DNA from: Thermotogaceae bacterium
GTDB taxonomy: Bacteria; Thermotogota; Thermotogae; B21-G9; HyVt-16
Assembly: GCA_029981435.1 (NCBI GenBank)
Contig: JARRBB010000004.1
Span: 166-64,165, forward strand
Reading direction: 5' to 3'
Length of the DNA stretch: 64,000 nt
Positions 31,709-42,364 of this stretch are shown here, piece by piece. The position numbers were made by a program, and so were the translations under genes. The notes under the pieces were generated by a model that did no database searches, had not been told where the DNA came from, and was given only the letters and a program-made list of their open reading frames with translations. Position 1 is the first letter of the stretch. Every line of letters starts with the position of its first letter.

Positions 31709-33574
31709 TCAGATCCTTTTTAATATTTCTTGTTTCTCCAGCATTTTGAAGACCTTCTCTAAATTCTCTGCTTCTGTGATTGAAAACTGCAAATCAAGTA
31801 TATCCAGTATCTCATCCAAATCATAACCTTTTCTCACGAGATTTATCGCTTCTTCAAATTTTTGTCTGAACTGTTTATCGTTTTCATAGATTTTTTCGAG
31901 TTCTTCCGAATCTTCATCATTTAAAACTGCATTGAAAACATTTCCAATTGGAGATTTTTGGAGCTTTTCGAACTTCAAACCTGTTAAGGGTTTTTTCTCT
32001 TCTTTTTTCTCTAAAACTTCATTAAAGAATCTTTCGAATTTACCAAAATACATATCAATAACATTATCTTTATAGAAATTTTCAATTGAATAGAATCTTT
32101 CTTTGAACAAATCGAATAGAAAACTTTTGACAAAATCTGGTTTTCTTAAATCCATTTTCGAATATCGACTTTCTATATCCATCAAATCTTTTATAGAATT
32201 ACCAAAAATTACATCCATTATTTCTTCAGAAGGTTCGTTTAAAAACAAAAGAGTTCCCAAAACAGACTTGGTAATCCACTCCAATTCTTCTGGATCAACT
32301 TTGTCCAAAGTATCGCCACTTGAATGATAATATCTGTCAGGCCAGTTACCAATAAAAGGTGTTGGTACATCGAAGTGGTTCAATACAAAGTGATCTGAAC
32401 CACCAGAATAATGATTTCTGATATAACGTCTTGCTGGTAGCCATTCACCAAAACCATATACTCGTGGCATGTAGTAATTCAAAGCAGAATCAAGTAGATC
32501 ATTAATAAATGTAGGGGTCGACCACGGAGTTTGGGTTAAGATTGTTACAGAGCCTGTTTTCTTTTGATCTTCACCTACCATATCGAGGTTTATTCCCACT
32601 TCAAAATCTCTTCCATCAAGCATATAAGCAACCGTACCAAACATTTCAGGGACGAGTAAAAACACAATGGTTCTCTCAAGATTTTCCAAAGCATCCTCCT
32701 TAAGCACTTTGCTGAGAGTCAAAGCTATTTCTAAAGTAGTTGCTGACCCGGTCGCGTTATCATTTGCACCCGGCGAAGGATGACACAGATGTGCTGTCAC
32801 AATTACAGGACGTAAACTTTCGTTTCTTCCCTTTAATATTAATTCCAACAATCTCATTTCTCCCGCTTCGATCTTTGCATCTATATAGGCAGAAATTCTA
32901 ACATTTTTTCCAGATTTGAGGTATTTTTTTATTTCAGAATACTCACTGTAACTGAGTGAAAATCCGAAAGCTTTTGTCTGTGCCTCATCAAATTCACCGG
33001 GAATACCTGCATAACTTGCAGTATCTGGCATAAGCTCTGGTTTTCTACCTATCTTTTCTTCTTCTGCTCTCATCCAGCAACTTAATATACACACGGCTCC
33101 AAATTTTTTAACAGCAAGTTTATACACTTTCGAAGGATTACCTTCAGCAAGTACCGCTTTTCCCGCTACATTTTTTCCTTCGTAATCAGATTCACTTTCA
33201 CCTTTACCTACATCTACAACATCGTATTGTTCATACCCTTCTGTGCTTCTACTCCTATAAAGAACAGAGACAGGGCGCGCAAAACTGTCGATAATCAATT
33301 TTCTGGTTGGTTCTATCATTTCAAGTCTTCCATAGTTTAATTTCCAAGGAACAGGAACCCAGGATTCGAAAGTCTTTTTACCATCTATCATGTAAGATGG
33401 TGTTCTTATGGTTCCTTCGAACCCCTGTTTTTCAAGTTCTGTTTTCAACACATCGATCAAATCAATAAAATCACGATTCGCTAAACTTCGATGATATCTA
33501 CTTATTATTTCAACCCATTTCAATACTCGATAGCCATTTGTCATTCTTGAAAGTTCTTCAAATCTTTGGAACAT
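31709..33574 (-). CDS. M28-family Zn-metallopeptidase-like protein (aminopeptidase-like, with large N- and C-terminal extensions).
   Basis: VTAHLCHPSPGANDNATGSATTLEIAL matches the M28 His/Asp metal-ligand region. HYSGGSDHFVL follows downstream. 621 aa. Confidence 0.5.
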   Translation of the reverse strand: MFQRFEELSRMTNGYRVLKWVEIISRYHRSLANRDFIDLIDVLKTELEKQGFEGTIRTPSYMIDGKKTFESWVPVPWKLNYGRLEMIEPTRKLIIDSFARPVSVLYRSRSTEGYEQYDVVDVGKGESESDYEGKNVAGKAVLAEGNPSKVYKLAVKKFGAVCILSCWMRAEEEKIGRKPELMPDTASYAGIPGEFDEAQTKAFGFSLSYSEYSEIKKYLKSGKNVRISAYIDAKIEAGEMRLLELILKGRNESLRPVIVTAHLCHPSPGANDNATGSATTLEIALTLSKVLKEDALENLERTIVFLLVPEMFGTVAYMLDGRDFEVGINLDMVGEDQKKTGSVTILTQTPWSTPTFINDLLDSALNYYMPRVYGFGEWLPARRYIRNHYSGGSDHFVLNHFDVPTPFIGNWPDRYYHSSGDTLDKVDPEELEWITKSVLGTLLFLNEPSEEIMDVIFGNSIKDLMDIESRYSKMDLRKPDFVKSFLFDLFKERFYSIENFYKDNVIDMYFGKFERFFNEVLEKKEEKKPLTGLKFEKLQKSPIGNVFNAVLNDEDSEELEKIYENDKQFRQKFEEAINLVRKGYDLDEILDILDLQFSITEAENLEKVFKMLEKQEILKRI

Positions 33575-33586
33575 TCTATTTCCCCC

Positions 33587-34219
33587 TTATCTTCTAAACA
33601 AATTAGAAAATCTGTTTCCCAAAAACTGTATCCCTTGACTTATCAATATTAATATTATCACAGAATACAAAACCGCGTCCCACTGAAAACGATAATAACC
33701 ATAATTTATAGCAAGTTGCCCGAGTCCACCGGCTCCAACTGCTCCGGCTATCGCAGTGTAAGCTACAAGATTTATCAAGAGAACAGTTATGTTCGCAATC
33801 TGCTCTGCAAGCGTTTCAGGTAAAAGAACCTTAGTAACAAATTGCCAGTTAGTCATTCCCATCGACTTTGCAGAATCAACTATTCCACCTGGAAGATTAT
33901 TAAAAGAATTTTCGGAAAGTCTCGCCATGAAAGGAATAGCCGCTATGGTCAAATTGAAAACAGCCGCGTTTGTTCCTATAATTGTTCCTATGACTTTTTT
34001 GGTGAGTGGTATCAGTAAGAGAACCAATATTATGAAAGGTATTGACCTGAAAACGTTTACAAAAGTGTCTAATATAAAATAAACCTTGTTATATTTTTTA
34101 GAGCGGGAACTCATATAAAGCCCTACCCCAAGCGGAATTCCAAAAATAGTTGCGAGAAATCCTGAGAAAAATATCATATATATAGTTTCAAACGTTGCTT
34201 TATATAATTCCGCTATCAT
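33587..34219 (-). CDS. metI: Methionine ABC transporter permease.
   Basis: 210-aa five-TM permease of the MetI type. Operon context with metN and metQ. Confidence 0.85.
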   Translation of the reverse strand: MIAELYKATFETIYMIFFSGFLATIFGIPLGVGLYMSSRSKKYNKVYFILDTFVNVFRSIPFIILVLLLIPLTKKVIGTIIGTNAAVFNLTIAAIPFMARLSENSFNNLPGGIVDSAKSMGMTNWQFVTKVLLPETLAEQIANITVLLINLVAYTAIAGAVGAGGLGQLAINYGYYRFQWDAVLYSVIILILISQGIQFLGNRFSNLFRR

Positions 34220-34234
34220 TCGGAGACACCTCCA

Positions 34235-35248
34235 TTAAAAAATTCTCAAAGGTTCAATACTGTAAACACTGTTTCTCAGCTCTTCAACGAATTCTTCGAT
34301 GCCCTTCCCTTCCACTTCTATTATTAAAGAACCATAATTTCCAAGCTTGAATTTTTCAATCTTACCATAAAGTATGTTTATTTTGATATCAAACTTTTTA
34401 GCTGTCTCCCAGAGAACAGGTTTTTTAGTATTTTCACCCCAGAAAATCACTCGGAATATGTGATTTTTGTCAAATTCAGCTATCAGTTCAGGTAATATTT
34501 CTTCTTCTATTTTTTCTCCAAAATCTTCAATATCACCATTTTCAACCTTTATAAAAAATTCATGTGTAGATCCCAAAAAATCGATCTTTCCAAACTTCAA
34601 AAATGCTACAGAATCACAGATTCTTTTCACCACTTCCATTTCATGAGTCACAACTATGAATGTAACATTATGTCTTTCATTTATCTCAAGAACAAGATTC
34701 AAAATTTTCTTAGTTGTAAGCGGATCGAGCGATGAAGTTGGTTCATCAAGTAAAATCAATTTTGGATCGGTTATTAGAGCCCTTGCAATAGCTACTCTTT
34801 GCTGTTCACCACCCGAAAGTTGCGAAGGATAAGCATTCAATCTGTGAGACAATCCGAGTTCCTCTGCTATGGCAGAAACTTTTTTAAATGCTTCTTTCTT
34901 GCTGGTACCATCCAGAATGAGTGGGAAAGCTATGTTTTCTATGACTGTTTTTGATCTGAAAAGGTTAAAATTCTGAAATACCACCCCTATTTTTTTTCTG
35001 ATTTCTCTGAGCTTTACATCATCCAGAGAAGTTATTTCAATACCATCAAACACTATTTTTCCAGAATCAGGAGTATTCAGAAGATTAAAAGTCCGGAGCA
35101 GGGAGGTTTTTCCTGCTCCGGATAAGCCAACTATTCCAAAAATCTGGCCTTCACTTAGAGAAAAATTTATATGATCCAGTATTATTCTTCTGTTATTTCC
35201 CTTACCATATGATAGAACCAGATCTTCTGCTCTGATGATTTCCTTCAC
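34235..35248 (-). CDS. metN: Methionine ABC transporter ATP-binding protein (with a C-terminal NIL/ACT-like domain).
   Basis: Walker A GLSGAGKTSL, signature [15 protein letters not shown], Walker B LLDEPTSSLD and a C-terminal regulatory domain of about 100 aa. Confidence 0.85.
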   Translation of the reverse strand: MKEIIRAEDLVLSYGKGNNRRIILDHINFSLSEGQIFGIVGLSGAGKTSLLRTFNLLNTPDSGKIVFDGIEITSLDDVKLREIRKKIGVVFQNFNLFRSKTVIENIAFPLILDGTSKKEAFKKVSAIAEELGLSHRLNAYPSQLSGGEQQRVAIARALITDPKLILLDEPTSSLDPLTTKKILNLVLEINERHNVTFIVVTHEMEVVKRICDSVAFLKFGKIDFLGSTHEFFIKVENGDIEDFGEKIEEEILPELIAEFDKNHIFRVIFWGENTKKPVLWETAKKFDIKINILYGKIEKFKLGNYGSLIIEVEGKGIEEFVEELRNSVYSIEPLRIF

Positions 35249-35270
35249 TTAAACCACCTCACTTGTAGCT

Positions 35271-36050
35271 TCAAAAAACCGGAACAACTGCACCATTGTA
35301 CTTTTCGAGTATGAACTTTCTTACCTTGTCAGTTAAAAGAACCTCTTTCAATGCTTTTACCCAATCCTCATTCTTATCTTCTTCTCTGACAACTACAACA
35401 TTGGTATAAGGAGAGTTTGCCCCTTCAACAAAAGTTGAATCTTTCAGTGGATTTAAACCTATTTCAAGAGCATAGTTTGTGTTTATAACAGCACCAGCAA
35501 CACTTTTATCTTCTTTGTAAACCCTTGGAACAAACCCAGCTTCAATTTCTATGAATTTTAAACCTTTCGGATTTTCCACAATATCTCTAACCGTTGAATC
35601 CAGTTTTTTAGGATCTTTTAACTTTATAAGTCCGTTGTTATGTAACAATAAAAGTGCTCTTCCTTCGTTCGTTGGATCGTTTGGTAGGGCTATTTTGTCA
35701 CCTTTTTTGAGTTCTGATAAAGGCTTTTTTAGATAGAATCCCATAGGTTCAATATGAATTCCAAAAACAGATACTAACCCTTTTATCCCTCTTTTGGAAG
35801 TAAAAGATTCTAAATATGGAACATGTTGAAAATAATTCGCATCCAGTTCTCCATTCGCAAGTGCAAGATTTGGAAGAACATAATCATTGAAAACTACAAC
35901 CTCAAGAACATATCCCTTTTCTTCTAAATCACTTTTCACGAAATTCAATATTTCTGCATGCGGTACAGGACTTGCTCCAATTTTAATTTTAGTTGCAGAA
36001 AACGAATAAACTGATAAAATAACTAACAGCAGCACGAAGACTTTTTTCAT
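35271..36050 (-). CDS. metQ: MetQ/NlpA-family methionine-binding protein.
   Basis: Signal peptide MKKVFVLLLVILSVYSFSA. 259 aa. Linked to metN and metI. Confidence 0.8.
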   Translation of the reverse strand: MKKVFVLLLVILSVYSFSATKIKIGASPVPHAEILNFVKSDLEEKGYVLEVVVFNDYVLPNLALANGELDANYFQHVPYLESFTSKRGIKGLVSVFGIHIEPMGFYLKKPLSELKKGDKIALPNDPTNEGRALLLLHNNGLIKLKDPKKLDSTVRDIVENPKGLKFIEIEAGFVPRVYKEDKSVAGAVINTNYALEIGLNPLKDSTFVEGANSPYTNVVVVREEDKNEDWVKALKEVLLTDKVRKFILEKYNGAVVPVF

Positions 36051-36083
36051 TTTCTCTTCCTCCTTTTTAATATAATAAAAAAA

Positions 36084-36105
36084 GGCGCCTCCTTTTAGAG
36101 GCGCC
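36084..36105. terminator. GC-rich perfect hairpin GGCGCCTC-N6-GAGGCGCC, flanked by an A-run and a T-run. It can act as a terminator on either strand and is the likely expression-platform terminator of the metQ leader.
   Basis: Read directly. On the minus strand it ends about 30 nt before the metQ AGGAGG SD. An upstream segment CGCCCC can alternatively pair with GGGGCG of its 5' arm. Confidence 0.5.
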
Positions 36106-36306
36106 CCTTTTTATCTCCATGCGTGCACAAATCAAACGCCCGGAGAATTCTGCGGGGCGCTGGTGCACATTATCATATTCATCACAGTTAAAACAAAATA
36201 ATCCAAACAACAATCAAATGTCTTTCTCATTCTTCGTACTCCTCAAAGGTTTTTCTTATTATACACAGAACAAAATTACAAAAAAATTTTCTGAAAGTTA
36301 AAAAAA

Positions 36307-37500
36307 TTATGCGATACTCCTAAGAACCTTTACTAACCTATAATTTTCCTTTACGTCGTGAACCCTTATTATGTCTACTCCTTTGAAAAATGCCCATGAT
36401 GAAATCGCAAGTGTGCCTTCCAACCTCTCTTCGACAGGAAGATTTCCTAAAATTGCTCCTATCATCGATTTACGTGAAGCACCAATCAAAAGTGGCCTTC
36501 CAAAAACCTTGAAACTATCAATTTTTCTCAATATTTCTATGTTGTCCTCCAATCGCTTTCCAAAGCCAATACCTGGATCGATTATTATTTTCTTTGGATC
36601 TATTCCTTTATCCACAGAATAATTAATCCTCTCATAGAAATATTCCATGATCTCTTTTATGACGTCATCATAGTAAGGATTGAGTTGCATGTCTTTCGGA
36701 GTACCTTTTATATGCATTAAAACAATCGGAACGTTGTTTTCTCTCACCACAGTAGCCATATCTTTATCGAACCGCATGGCGCTTATATCATTAATTATGT
36801 CTGCTCCCACTTCTATAGCTTTTGCAGCCACCTTAGCCTTGTAGGTATCCACTGAGACTAAAATATCGAAGTTTTCTTTTATAGCTTTTATTACAGGAAC
36901 GACTCTTTGCAATTCTTCTTCCAATTCTACCGGTTCTGAGCCAGGTCTCGTGGATTCGCCACCTATATCTAAAATGTCAACACCGTTTTTTATCATTTGT
37001 TCTGCTGTATTGAGAACATCATTTAAATCCTTCCTTCTGCTACCAGGATAGAATGAATCATCTGTGATATTTATTATTCCCATTATCTTCATGGTATCAA
37101 AACTGTATGTTTCATTGTTTTTGAGAAATATTTCTCTCTTTTTTTCACAGTTTTCGATAGCTTCTTCGAGTTCATTTTTTATCTCTGGTAAACCCCAGTA
37201 ATTCATTTTATCCAGTTTAAAAAACAATTTTCTGTAGTGATTTTTATTTCCTATAAGTATTACATCAGTTTTATCAACTTTCATAGTTATCGATTCTCTA
37301 TGAACAGCTGCATCTGCTGCATTTCCACCAGCAGCAAGCATCTCCTGTTTTATAACGTTTGCAACCAGAGGTTTTAAGTCATGTATCTTATATATCATAC
37401 AGTTGGCTTTTCTAAGAAATATATCGAAAGATTCTCTGGAAACACCAGATTTTTCGAGCTCATCTACAAGATGTGATGGATCAAGCATTCTAATAATCAT
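36307..37500 (-). CDS. folP: Dihydropteroate synthase with an N-terminal extension of about 130 aa of unknown function.
   Basis: DHPS core from about residue 135 (IMGIINITDDSFYPGS...DIGGESTRPGSEPV...DTYKAKVAAKAIEVGADIINDIS). No DHPS signature in the N-terminal 130 aa. Confidence 0.7.
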   Translation of the reverse strand: MIIRMLDPSHLVDELEKSGVSRESFDIFLRKANCMIYKIHDLKPLVANVIKQEMLAAGGNAADAAVHRESITMKVDKTDVILIGNKNHYRKLFFKLDKMNYWGLPEIKNELEEAIENCEKKREIFLKNNETYSFDTMKIMGIINITDDSFYPGSRRKDLNDVLNTAEQMIKNGVDILDIGGESTRPGSEPVELEEELQRVVPVIKAIKENFDILVSVDTYKAKVAAKAIEVGADIINDISAMRFDKDMATVVRENNVPIVLMHIKGTPKDMQLNPYYDDVIKEIMEYFYERINYSVDKGIDPKKIIIDPGIGFGKRLEDNIEILRKIDSFKVFGRPLLIGASRKSMIGAILGNLPVEERLEGTLAISSWAFFKGVDIIRVHDVKENYRLVKVLRSIA

Positions 37501-37509
37501 TCCTATCGC

Positions 37510-38772
37510 CTACTCCTCAAATTTTTCTACTATATAATTTTCTATCCATTTTTCATCTACTTCAACTTGTTGACCTGTCTCCATATCACGAATTGTGAGA
37601 ACACCTTTCTCTAATTCATCGTCTCCTATTATCAAAACATACTTTGCACCGAGCCGGTCAGCATATTTCATCTGATTTCTGATGTTTCTCTTCATTAAAT
37701 CCATCTCAACTACAATCCCTCTGTCTCTGAGATTCTGGGATAATTTTAGAGAAAAAATTCTTGCACTCTCACTAAGCACAGCGATGTATACCTGACATTT
37801 TTTTAGCTCAGGAACAGTCACGTTTTCATTTTTGAGTGCAAGTATAATTCGCTCGATTCCACCCGCAAACCCAATTGACGGAGTAACCTTCCCGCCAAGC
37901 TCTTCTATCAATCCATCATACCTTCCGCCACCAATTATAGTATCTTGTGCCCCCAAAGATGAATGTTTTATCTCAAAAACCGTCTTAGTGTAATAATCAA
38001 GACCTCTTACAAGATGTCCATCCAGTTCATAACTCACATTTAATCCTTCAAGATAGGAAAGCAGTTCATCGAAATGTTCCTTACAATCTTCACAGAGATA
38101 ATCAAAAGTTTTAGGAGCATCTTTCTGAAACGGTTTGCATTTTTCATCTTTACAGTCCAGTAATCTCAATATGTTTGTATCAAAACGTTTCTGACAATCG
38201 GAACATAGTAAATCAAGTTTTGGTTGATAGTAATCTTTAAGGGCTTTTCTAAATTTTGGTCTACAGTTTTTGCAGCCTATATTCCCAATGTAAAGTTTGT
38301 AATCATGCAAATTAAGCGCATCAAGGATATCGATCGCGAGTTTAATAACTTCAAAGTCGGCTACAGCATGAGGTGAGCCTATCAGTTCAACACCAAATTG
38401 ATGAAATTGCCTCATTCTACCAGCCTGAGGTTTTTCATATCTGAACACAGGACCTAAATAAGAAAACTTTTGTGGCAGTCCATTTTTAACCAAAGAATTC
38501 TCTATGTAAGCCCTCATGACTGGTGCTGTTCCCTCGGGTCTCAAAGTTAAAGACCTTCCGCCCTTATCTTCGAAAGTATACATCTGTTTCTGAACGATAT
38601 CAGTCTCTTCGCCTACGCCTCTTAAAAACAGTTCTGTTGCTTCGAAAACAGGAGTTCTTATTTCATAATAATTGTAAAGTTGGGTAATTCTTCGAAAAGT
38701 ATCTTCAACGAAATACCAGTATTTTAATTCATCTCCAAATATATCTACCGTTCCTTTAGGCTTGCTTATCAC
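37510..38772 (-). CDS. hisS: Histidine--tRNA ligase.
   Basis: Class-II motifs including LRPEGTAPVMRAY, and a C-terminal anticodon-binding domain (so not HisZ). Carries a Cys-rich insertion (CKNCRPK...CSDCQ...CEDCKEHF). Confidence 0.9.
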   Translation of the reverse strand: MISKPKGTVDIFGDELKYWYFVEDTFRRITQLYNYYEIRTPVFEATELFLRGVGEETDIVQKQMYTFEDKGGRSLTLRPEGTAPVMRAYIENSLVKNGLPQKFSYLGPVFRYEKPQAGRMRQFHQFGVELIGSPHAVADFEVIKLAIDILDALNLHDYKLYIGNIGCKNCRPKFRKALKDYYQPKLDLLCSDCQKRFDTNILRLLDCKDEKCKPFQKDAPKTFDYLCEDCKEHFDELLSYLEGLNVSYELDGHLVRGLDYYTKTVFEIKHSSLGAQDTIIGGGRYDGLIEELGGKVTPSIGFAGGIERIILALKNENVTVPELKKCQVYIAVLSESARIFSLKLSQNLRDRGIVVEMDLMKRNIRNQMKYADRLGAKYVLIIGDDELEKGVLTIRDMETGQQVEVDEKWIENYIVEKFEE

Positions 38773-38791
38773 AATAACCTACCTCCATCAA

Positions 38792-39559
38792 TCATCCAAA
38801 AAAGTTATCTAAGAACATCATTATAAGAAATCCAAATATCAGTGAAAAAGTTGAAAAAGTTTCATTACCTTTGGAATGACTTTCAGGAATTATTTCATCA
38901 CTTATTATATATAACATGGCTCCACCAGCAAAACTTAAAAAGAAAGGCAGAAGCGGCCTGGCGATTACGACCAGACCCGCACCAATCAGTCCGCCTAACG
39001 GTTCAACTAAACCTGTTAAAAGAGCTATCCAGAATATTTTAAACCTGCTATAACTAACTTTCAAAAAAGATGTTGCAACTGCTGTCCCTTCTGGGATGTT
39101 CTGTATACCAATTGCAAGAGCAACTGCAACCCCAGTGGATATTTCATTCCCACCGAAACTTACACCAACTGCCATACCTTCTGGAAAATTATGAAGGGTT
39201 ATCGCTATTACAAAAAGCCATATTTTTTTAATATGACTTTTAGGACCTTCATAACCTTTTTCAAAATGTTCATGAGGTAAATACCTATCGAGTATTTCTA
39301 TAGTAAATGCTCCCAAAAATATACCAAGCATTGCGACATATATGTTGCCGAGTTCTATAGCAGGTATTATTAAGCTGAACACACTTGCAGCGAGCATAAT
39401 GCCCGCTGCAAAACTTAAAAGCATATCAATTGTTCTGTGGGAAATTTTTTGAAGTTTTTTAGATGGTAAAAATAAAATCGGGAGGGCCCCCAATCCAGTA
39501 GCGAGCCCTGCTAACAAACTTGCAAGAGTGCCATTCCAGAAAATCTGCGAATTAGACAT
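38792..39559 (-). CDS. zupT: ZIP-family divalent metal transporter (ZupT-like).
   Basis: [10 protein letters not shown] and NIPEGTAV signature motifs. Eight-TM topology. 255 aa. Confidence 0.8.
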   Translation of the reverse strand: MSNSQIFWNGTLASLLAGLATGLGALPILFLPSKKLQKISHRTIDMLLSFAAGIMLAASVFSLIIPAIELGNIYVAMLGIFLGAFTIEILDRYLPHEHFEKGYEGPKSHIKKIWLFVIAITLHNFPEGMAVGVSFGGNEISTGVAVALAIGIQNIPEGTAVATSFLKVSYSRFKIFWIALLTGLVEPLGGLIGAGLVVIARPLLPFFLSFAGGAMLYIISDEIIPESHSKGNETFSTFSLIFGFLIMMFLDNFFG

Positions 39560-41003
39560 CCACTTTCCACCTCAAAATGGGATTTTTAACAGCCCTGGCT
39601 TCATCTAATCTTCTAACATAGGTATTATGAGGTGCGTTTTTTAACAACTCTGAGGACTTTTCAGCTTCTTTTAGAATTTTTTCAAGCGTCTCAGCGAATC
39701 CATCCAGTGTTTCCTTCGTCTCAGTTTCAGTAGGTTCTATCATCAGTGCTTCTGGAACTATAAGTGGGAAGTACACTGTGGGAGGGTGGTATCCATAATC
39801 AAGCAATCGTTTTGCTACATCAAGGGTTTTAACACCATATTTCTTGAATTCAGAACCATCGACCACAAATTCATGCATACAAACGATATCAGAAGCAATT
39901 TTTAAAAATTTCGAAATTTTACTTCTAAGATAATTGGCATTTAATACGGCTAATTCGGAGGCCTTTTTTAAACCGCTTTTTCCCATGAAAAGTATGTAAG
40001 CATACGCTTTTACAAAAACTCCAAAGTTACCATAAAACGATCTAACTTTTCCTATACTTTTGGGCAAATCGTAGTTGAAATAATAAAATCCCTTTTCATC
40101 CTGTTCAACAACTGGAATTGGTAAATAATCTTTAAGAAATGCCTTAACACCAACCGGTCCACTGCCAGGTCCACCCATGCCATGGGGAGTAGAAAAGGTT
40201 TTATGCAAATTCAGATGCACAACATCAAAACCCATGTCACCTGGTCTTACTTTCCCCATTATTGCATTCAAGTTGGCTCCATCATAGTACAAAAGTGCCC
40301 CAGCTTCATGTGCTAATCTGGTTATGGTGTCTATATCTTTTTCATAAAGTCCCAAAGTATTTGGATTTGTTAGCATTACAGCTGCTGTATTCTCATCCAG
40401 ATTCTTTTTCAACTCTTCCAGATCGATCAGTCCCTGTTCAGTAGATTTAAGCTCTATAACTTCAAATCCACACATTGCTGCACTTGCCGGATTAGTACCA
40501 TGTGCAGAATCCGGTACAAGGACTTTATTTCTGTTGAAATCTCCTCTGTCTTCGTGATATTTCTTTATGATACTCATACCAGTTAATTCTCCATGTGCTC
40601 CAGCGGCTGGTTGTAAAGTCATATAATCCATTCCAGTTATTTCACACAAGAGTATCTGCAAGTTGTACATTATTTCGAGTGCACCCTGGACAGTTTCTTC
40701 AGGCTGATAAGGATGTATATATGCAAAACCATCAAATTTAGAGATTTTCTCATTGACCTTAGGATTATATTTCATAGTACATGAACCAAGAGGATAAAAT
40801 CCAACATCTACAGCATGATTCAACCTTGAAAGATTTGTGTAATGCCTTACAACCTCTGTTTCATATACCTGAGGAAGTTCTGCCTCTTCTTTTCTGATCA
40901 GACTCTCCGGTATCATTTCTTCAATAGGTTTTTCAGGAACATCAAGCTTTGGAAGCGAATATCCAGTTCTTCCATCTTTGCTTTTTTCAAATATCAATTT
41001 CAC
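39552..41003 (-). CDS. gcvPB: Glycine dehydrogenase (decarboxylating) subunit 2.
   Basis: PLP-dependent GcvPB. The N-terminus from the GTG at 41003 is [18 protein letters not shown], the canonical GcvPB start. A GGGGG SD precedes it and the start overlaps the gcvPA stop. The ORF track's longer form extends spuriously into gcvPA. Confidence 0.9.
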   Translation of the reverse strand: MKLIFEKSKDGRTGYSLPKLDVPEKPIEEMIPESLIRKEEAELPQVYETEVVRHYTNLSRLNHAVDVGFYPLGSCTMKYNPKVNEKISKFDGFAYIHPYQPEETVQGALEIMYNLQILLCEITGMDYMTLQPAAGAHGELTGMSIIKKYHEDRGDFNRNKVLVPDSAHGTNPASAAMCGFEVIELKSTEQGLIDLEELKKNLDENTAAVMLTNPNTLGLYEKDIDTITRLAHEAGALLYYDGANLNAIMGKVRPGDMGFDVVHLNLHKTFSTPHGMGGPGSGPVGVKAFLKDYLPIPVVEQDEKGFYYFNYDLPKSIGKVRSFYGNFGVFVKAYAYILFMGKSGLKKASELAVLNANYLRSKISKFLKIASDIVCMHEFVVDGSEFKKYGVKTLDVAKRLLDYGYHPPTVYFPLIVPEALMIEPTETETKETLDGFAETLEKILKEAEKSSELLKNAPHNTYVRRLDEARAVKNPILRWKVDV

Positions 41004-42348
41004 TTGAGATCGCCCCCAGTCTTCCCACGAGAAATTCGATGTCTTCTCTCCTGTTAGTTTCGGTAACACAGAACAGGGCAGAACCATCCAGAGTTTTGTA
41101 AAACTTTGAAAGTTTGAAAGGTCCTATTATTTTCTGTTCCAACAGATATTTGTTTACTTTATCCCAGTTCAAATCTGTCTCAACAACAAACTCATTGAAA
41201 AAGGGCCCGGAAAATTTCAGCTGGAAATGTTCAAGTCTGTCGAGTTTTTCTGCCAGATAATGAGCTTTTTGAAGCGAAAGATTAGCAACTTCTTTAATAC
41301 CTTTTTTACCAAGTAAGGATAGATAAATCGCCGCCATTACAGCGTTGTGAGCATGATTTGAACAGATGTTCGATGTTGCTTTCGATCTTCTTATATGCTG
41401 CTCTCGTGTTTGAAAAGTCATTACAAAACCTCTTTTTCCATCTACATCGATTGTCTGACCTATCAAACGACCAGGCATCTTTCTAAGATATTTCTCTTTT
41501 GTGGCAAAGAAACCAAAACCAGGGCCTCCAAAATATGCAGGATTCCCGAGTACTTGTCCTTCACCTACAACTATATCTGCACCAAAATTTCCTGGAGGTT
41601 CGAGTATTCCAAGAGCTATAGGATTGGCTGATACTATGTAAATCAAATCTTCTGGTATCAATTCTCTTAGTTCTTTTAAATTTTCAATCACTCCAAAGAA
41701 ATTTGGATATTGTACCACCACACAGGAAGTATTGGAGCTCAACTTTCTTTTAAGATCCTCAAAATCCGTTGAGCCTGTTTCTTCATCAAATTCGATTTCT
41801 ATTACCTTGAGTTTTTTCCCTCTTGCATATGTCTTTATGACTTCTCTGTACTCTGGGTGAACAGTTTTAGAAACCAGGATTTCATTTCTTCCATTCAGAC
41901 TATACGCCATGATCGTGGCCTCTGCCAGTGCTGAAGCGCCATCATACATTGAAGAATTCGCAACTTCCATTTTGGTCAATTCACATATCATAGTTTGATA
42001 TTCAAACAAAGCCTGTAAAGTACCCTGAGAAACCTCCGGTTGATAAGGTGTGTATGCGGTGAGAAATTCACCCCTGTTTGCCAGTTCTAAAAGAGCTGAG
42101 GGAATGAAATGATTGTAAATGCCTGCTCCCAAGTATATAGCGTATTCTTGAAAATTGATATTTTTTTCTGAAAGCTCCTTAAAATCTCTCAGTAAATCAT
42201 ATTCGCAAACTGCTTCTGGTATTTTTAAATCGATATCATCGTGCTTCCCTACAGCTCTTTGATAAAGTTCCGAAATAGAAGATACCCCTATTTCTTCAAG
42301 CATTTCTTTAATCTCACTATCAGTATGTGGTAAATAGGGGTTTTCCAT
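40987..42348 (-). CDS. gcvPA: Glycine dehydrogenase (decarboxylating) subunit 1.
   Basis: 453 aa, GcvPA family ([27 protein letters not shown]). Confidence 0.9.
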   Translation of the reverse strand: MENPYLPHTDSEIKEMLEEIGVSSISELYQRAVGKHDDIDLKIPEAVCEYDLLRDFKELSEKNINFQEYAIYLGAGIYNHFIPSALLELANRGEFLTAYTPYQPEVSQGTLQALFEYQTMICELTKMEVANSSMYDGASALAEATIMAYSLNGRNEILVSKTVHPEYREVIKTYARGKKLKVIEIEFDEETGSTDFEDLKRKLSSNTSCVVVQYPNFFGVIENLKELRELIPEDLIYIVSANPIALGILEPPGNFGADIVVGEGQVLGNPAYFGGPGFGFFATKEKYLRKMPGRLIGQTIDVDGKRGFVMTFQTREQHIRRSKATSNICSNHAHNAVMAAIYLSLLGKKGIKEVANLSLQKAHYLAEKLDRLEHFQLKFSGPFFNEFVVETDLNWDKVNKYLLEQKIIGPFKLSKFYKTLDGSALFCVTETNRREDIEFLVGRLGAISSEIDI

Positions 42349-42364
42349 TATTTATTCACCTCTT

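Noticed and set aside
36119-36301. Plus-strand 60-aa ORF in the folP-metQ intergenic region.
   Set aside because: It sits in the structured leader/terminator region on the opposite strand from both flanking genes. Treated as non-coding.
36051-36306. Canonical SAM-I (S-box) riboswitch upstream of metQ.
   Set aside because: I looked for the S-box core (GAGGGA, GGTGCTAA, AGAGAT-type P1) in the reverse complement and did not find it. Only generic terminator/antiterminator logic is reported.
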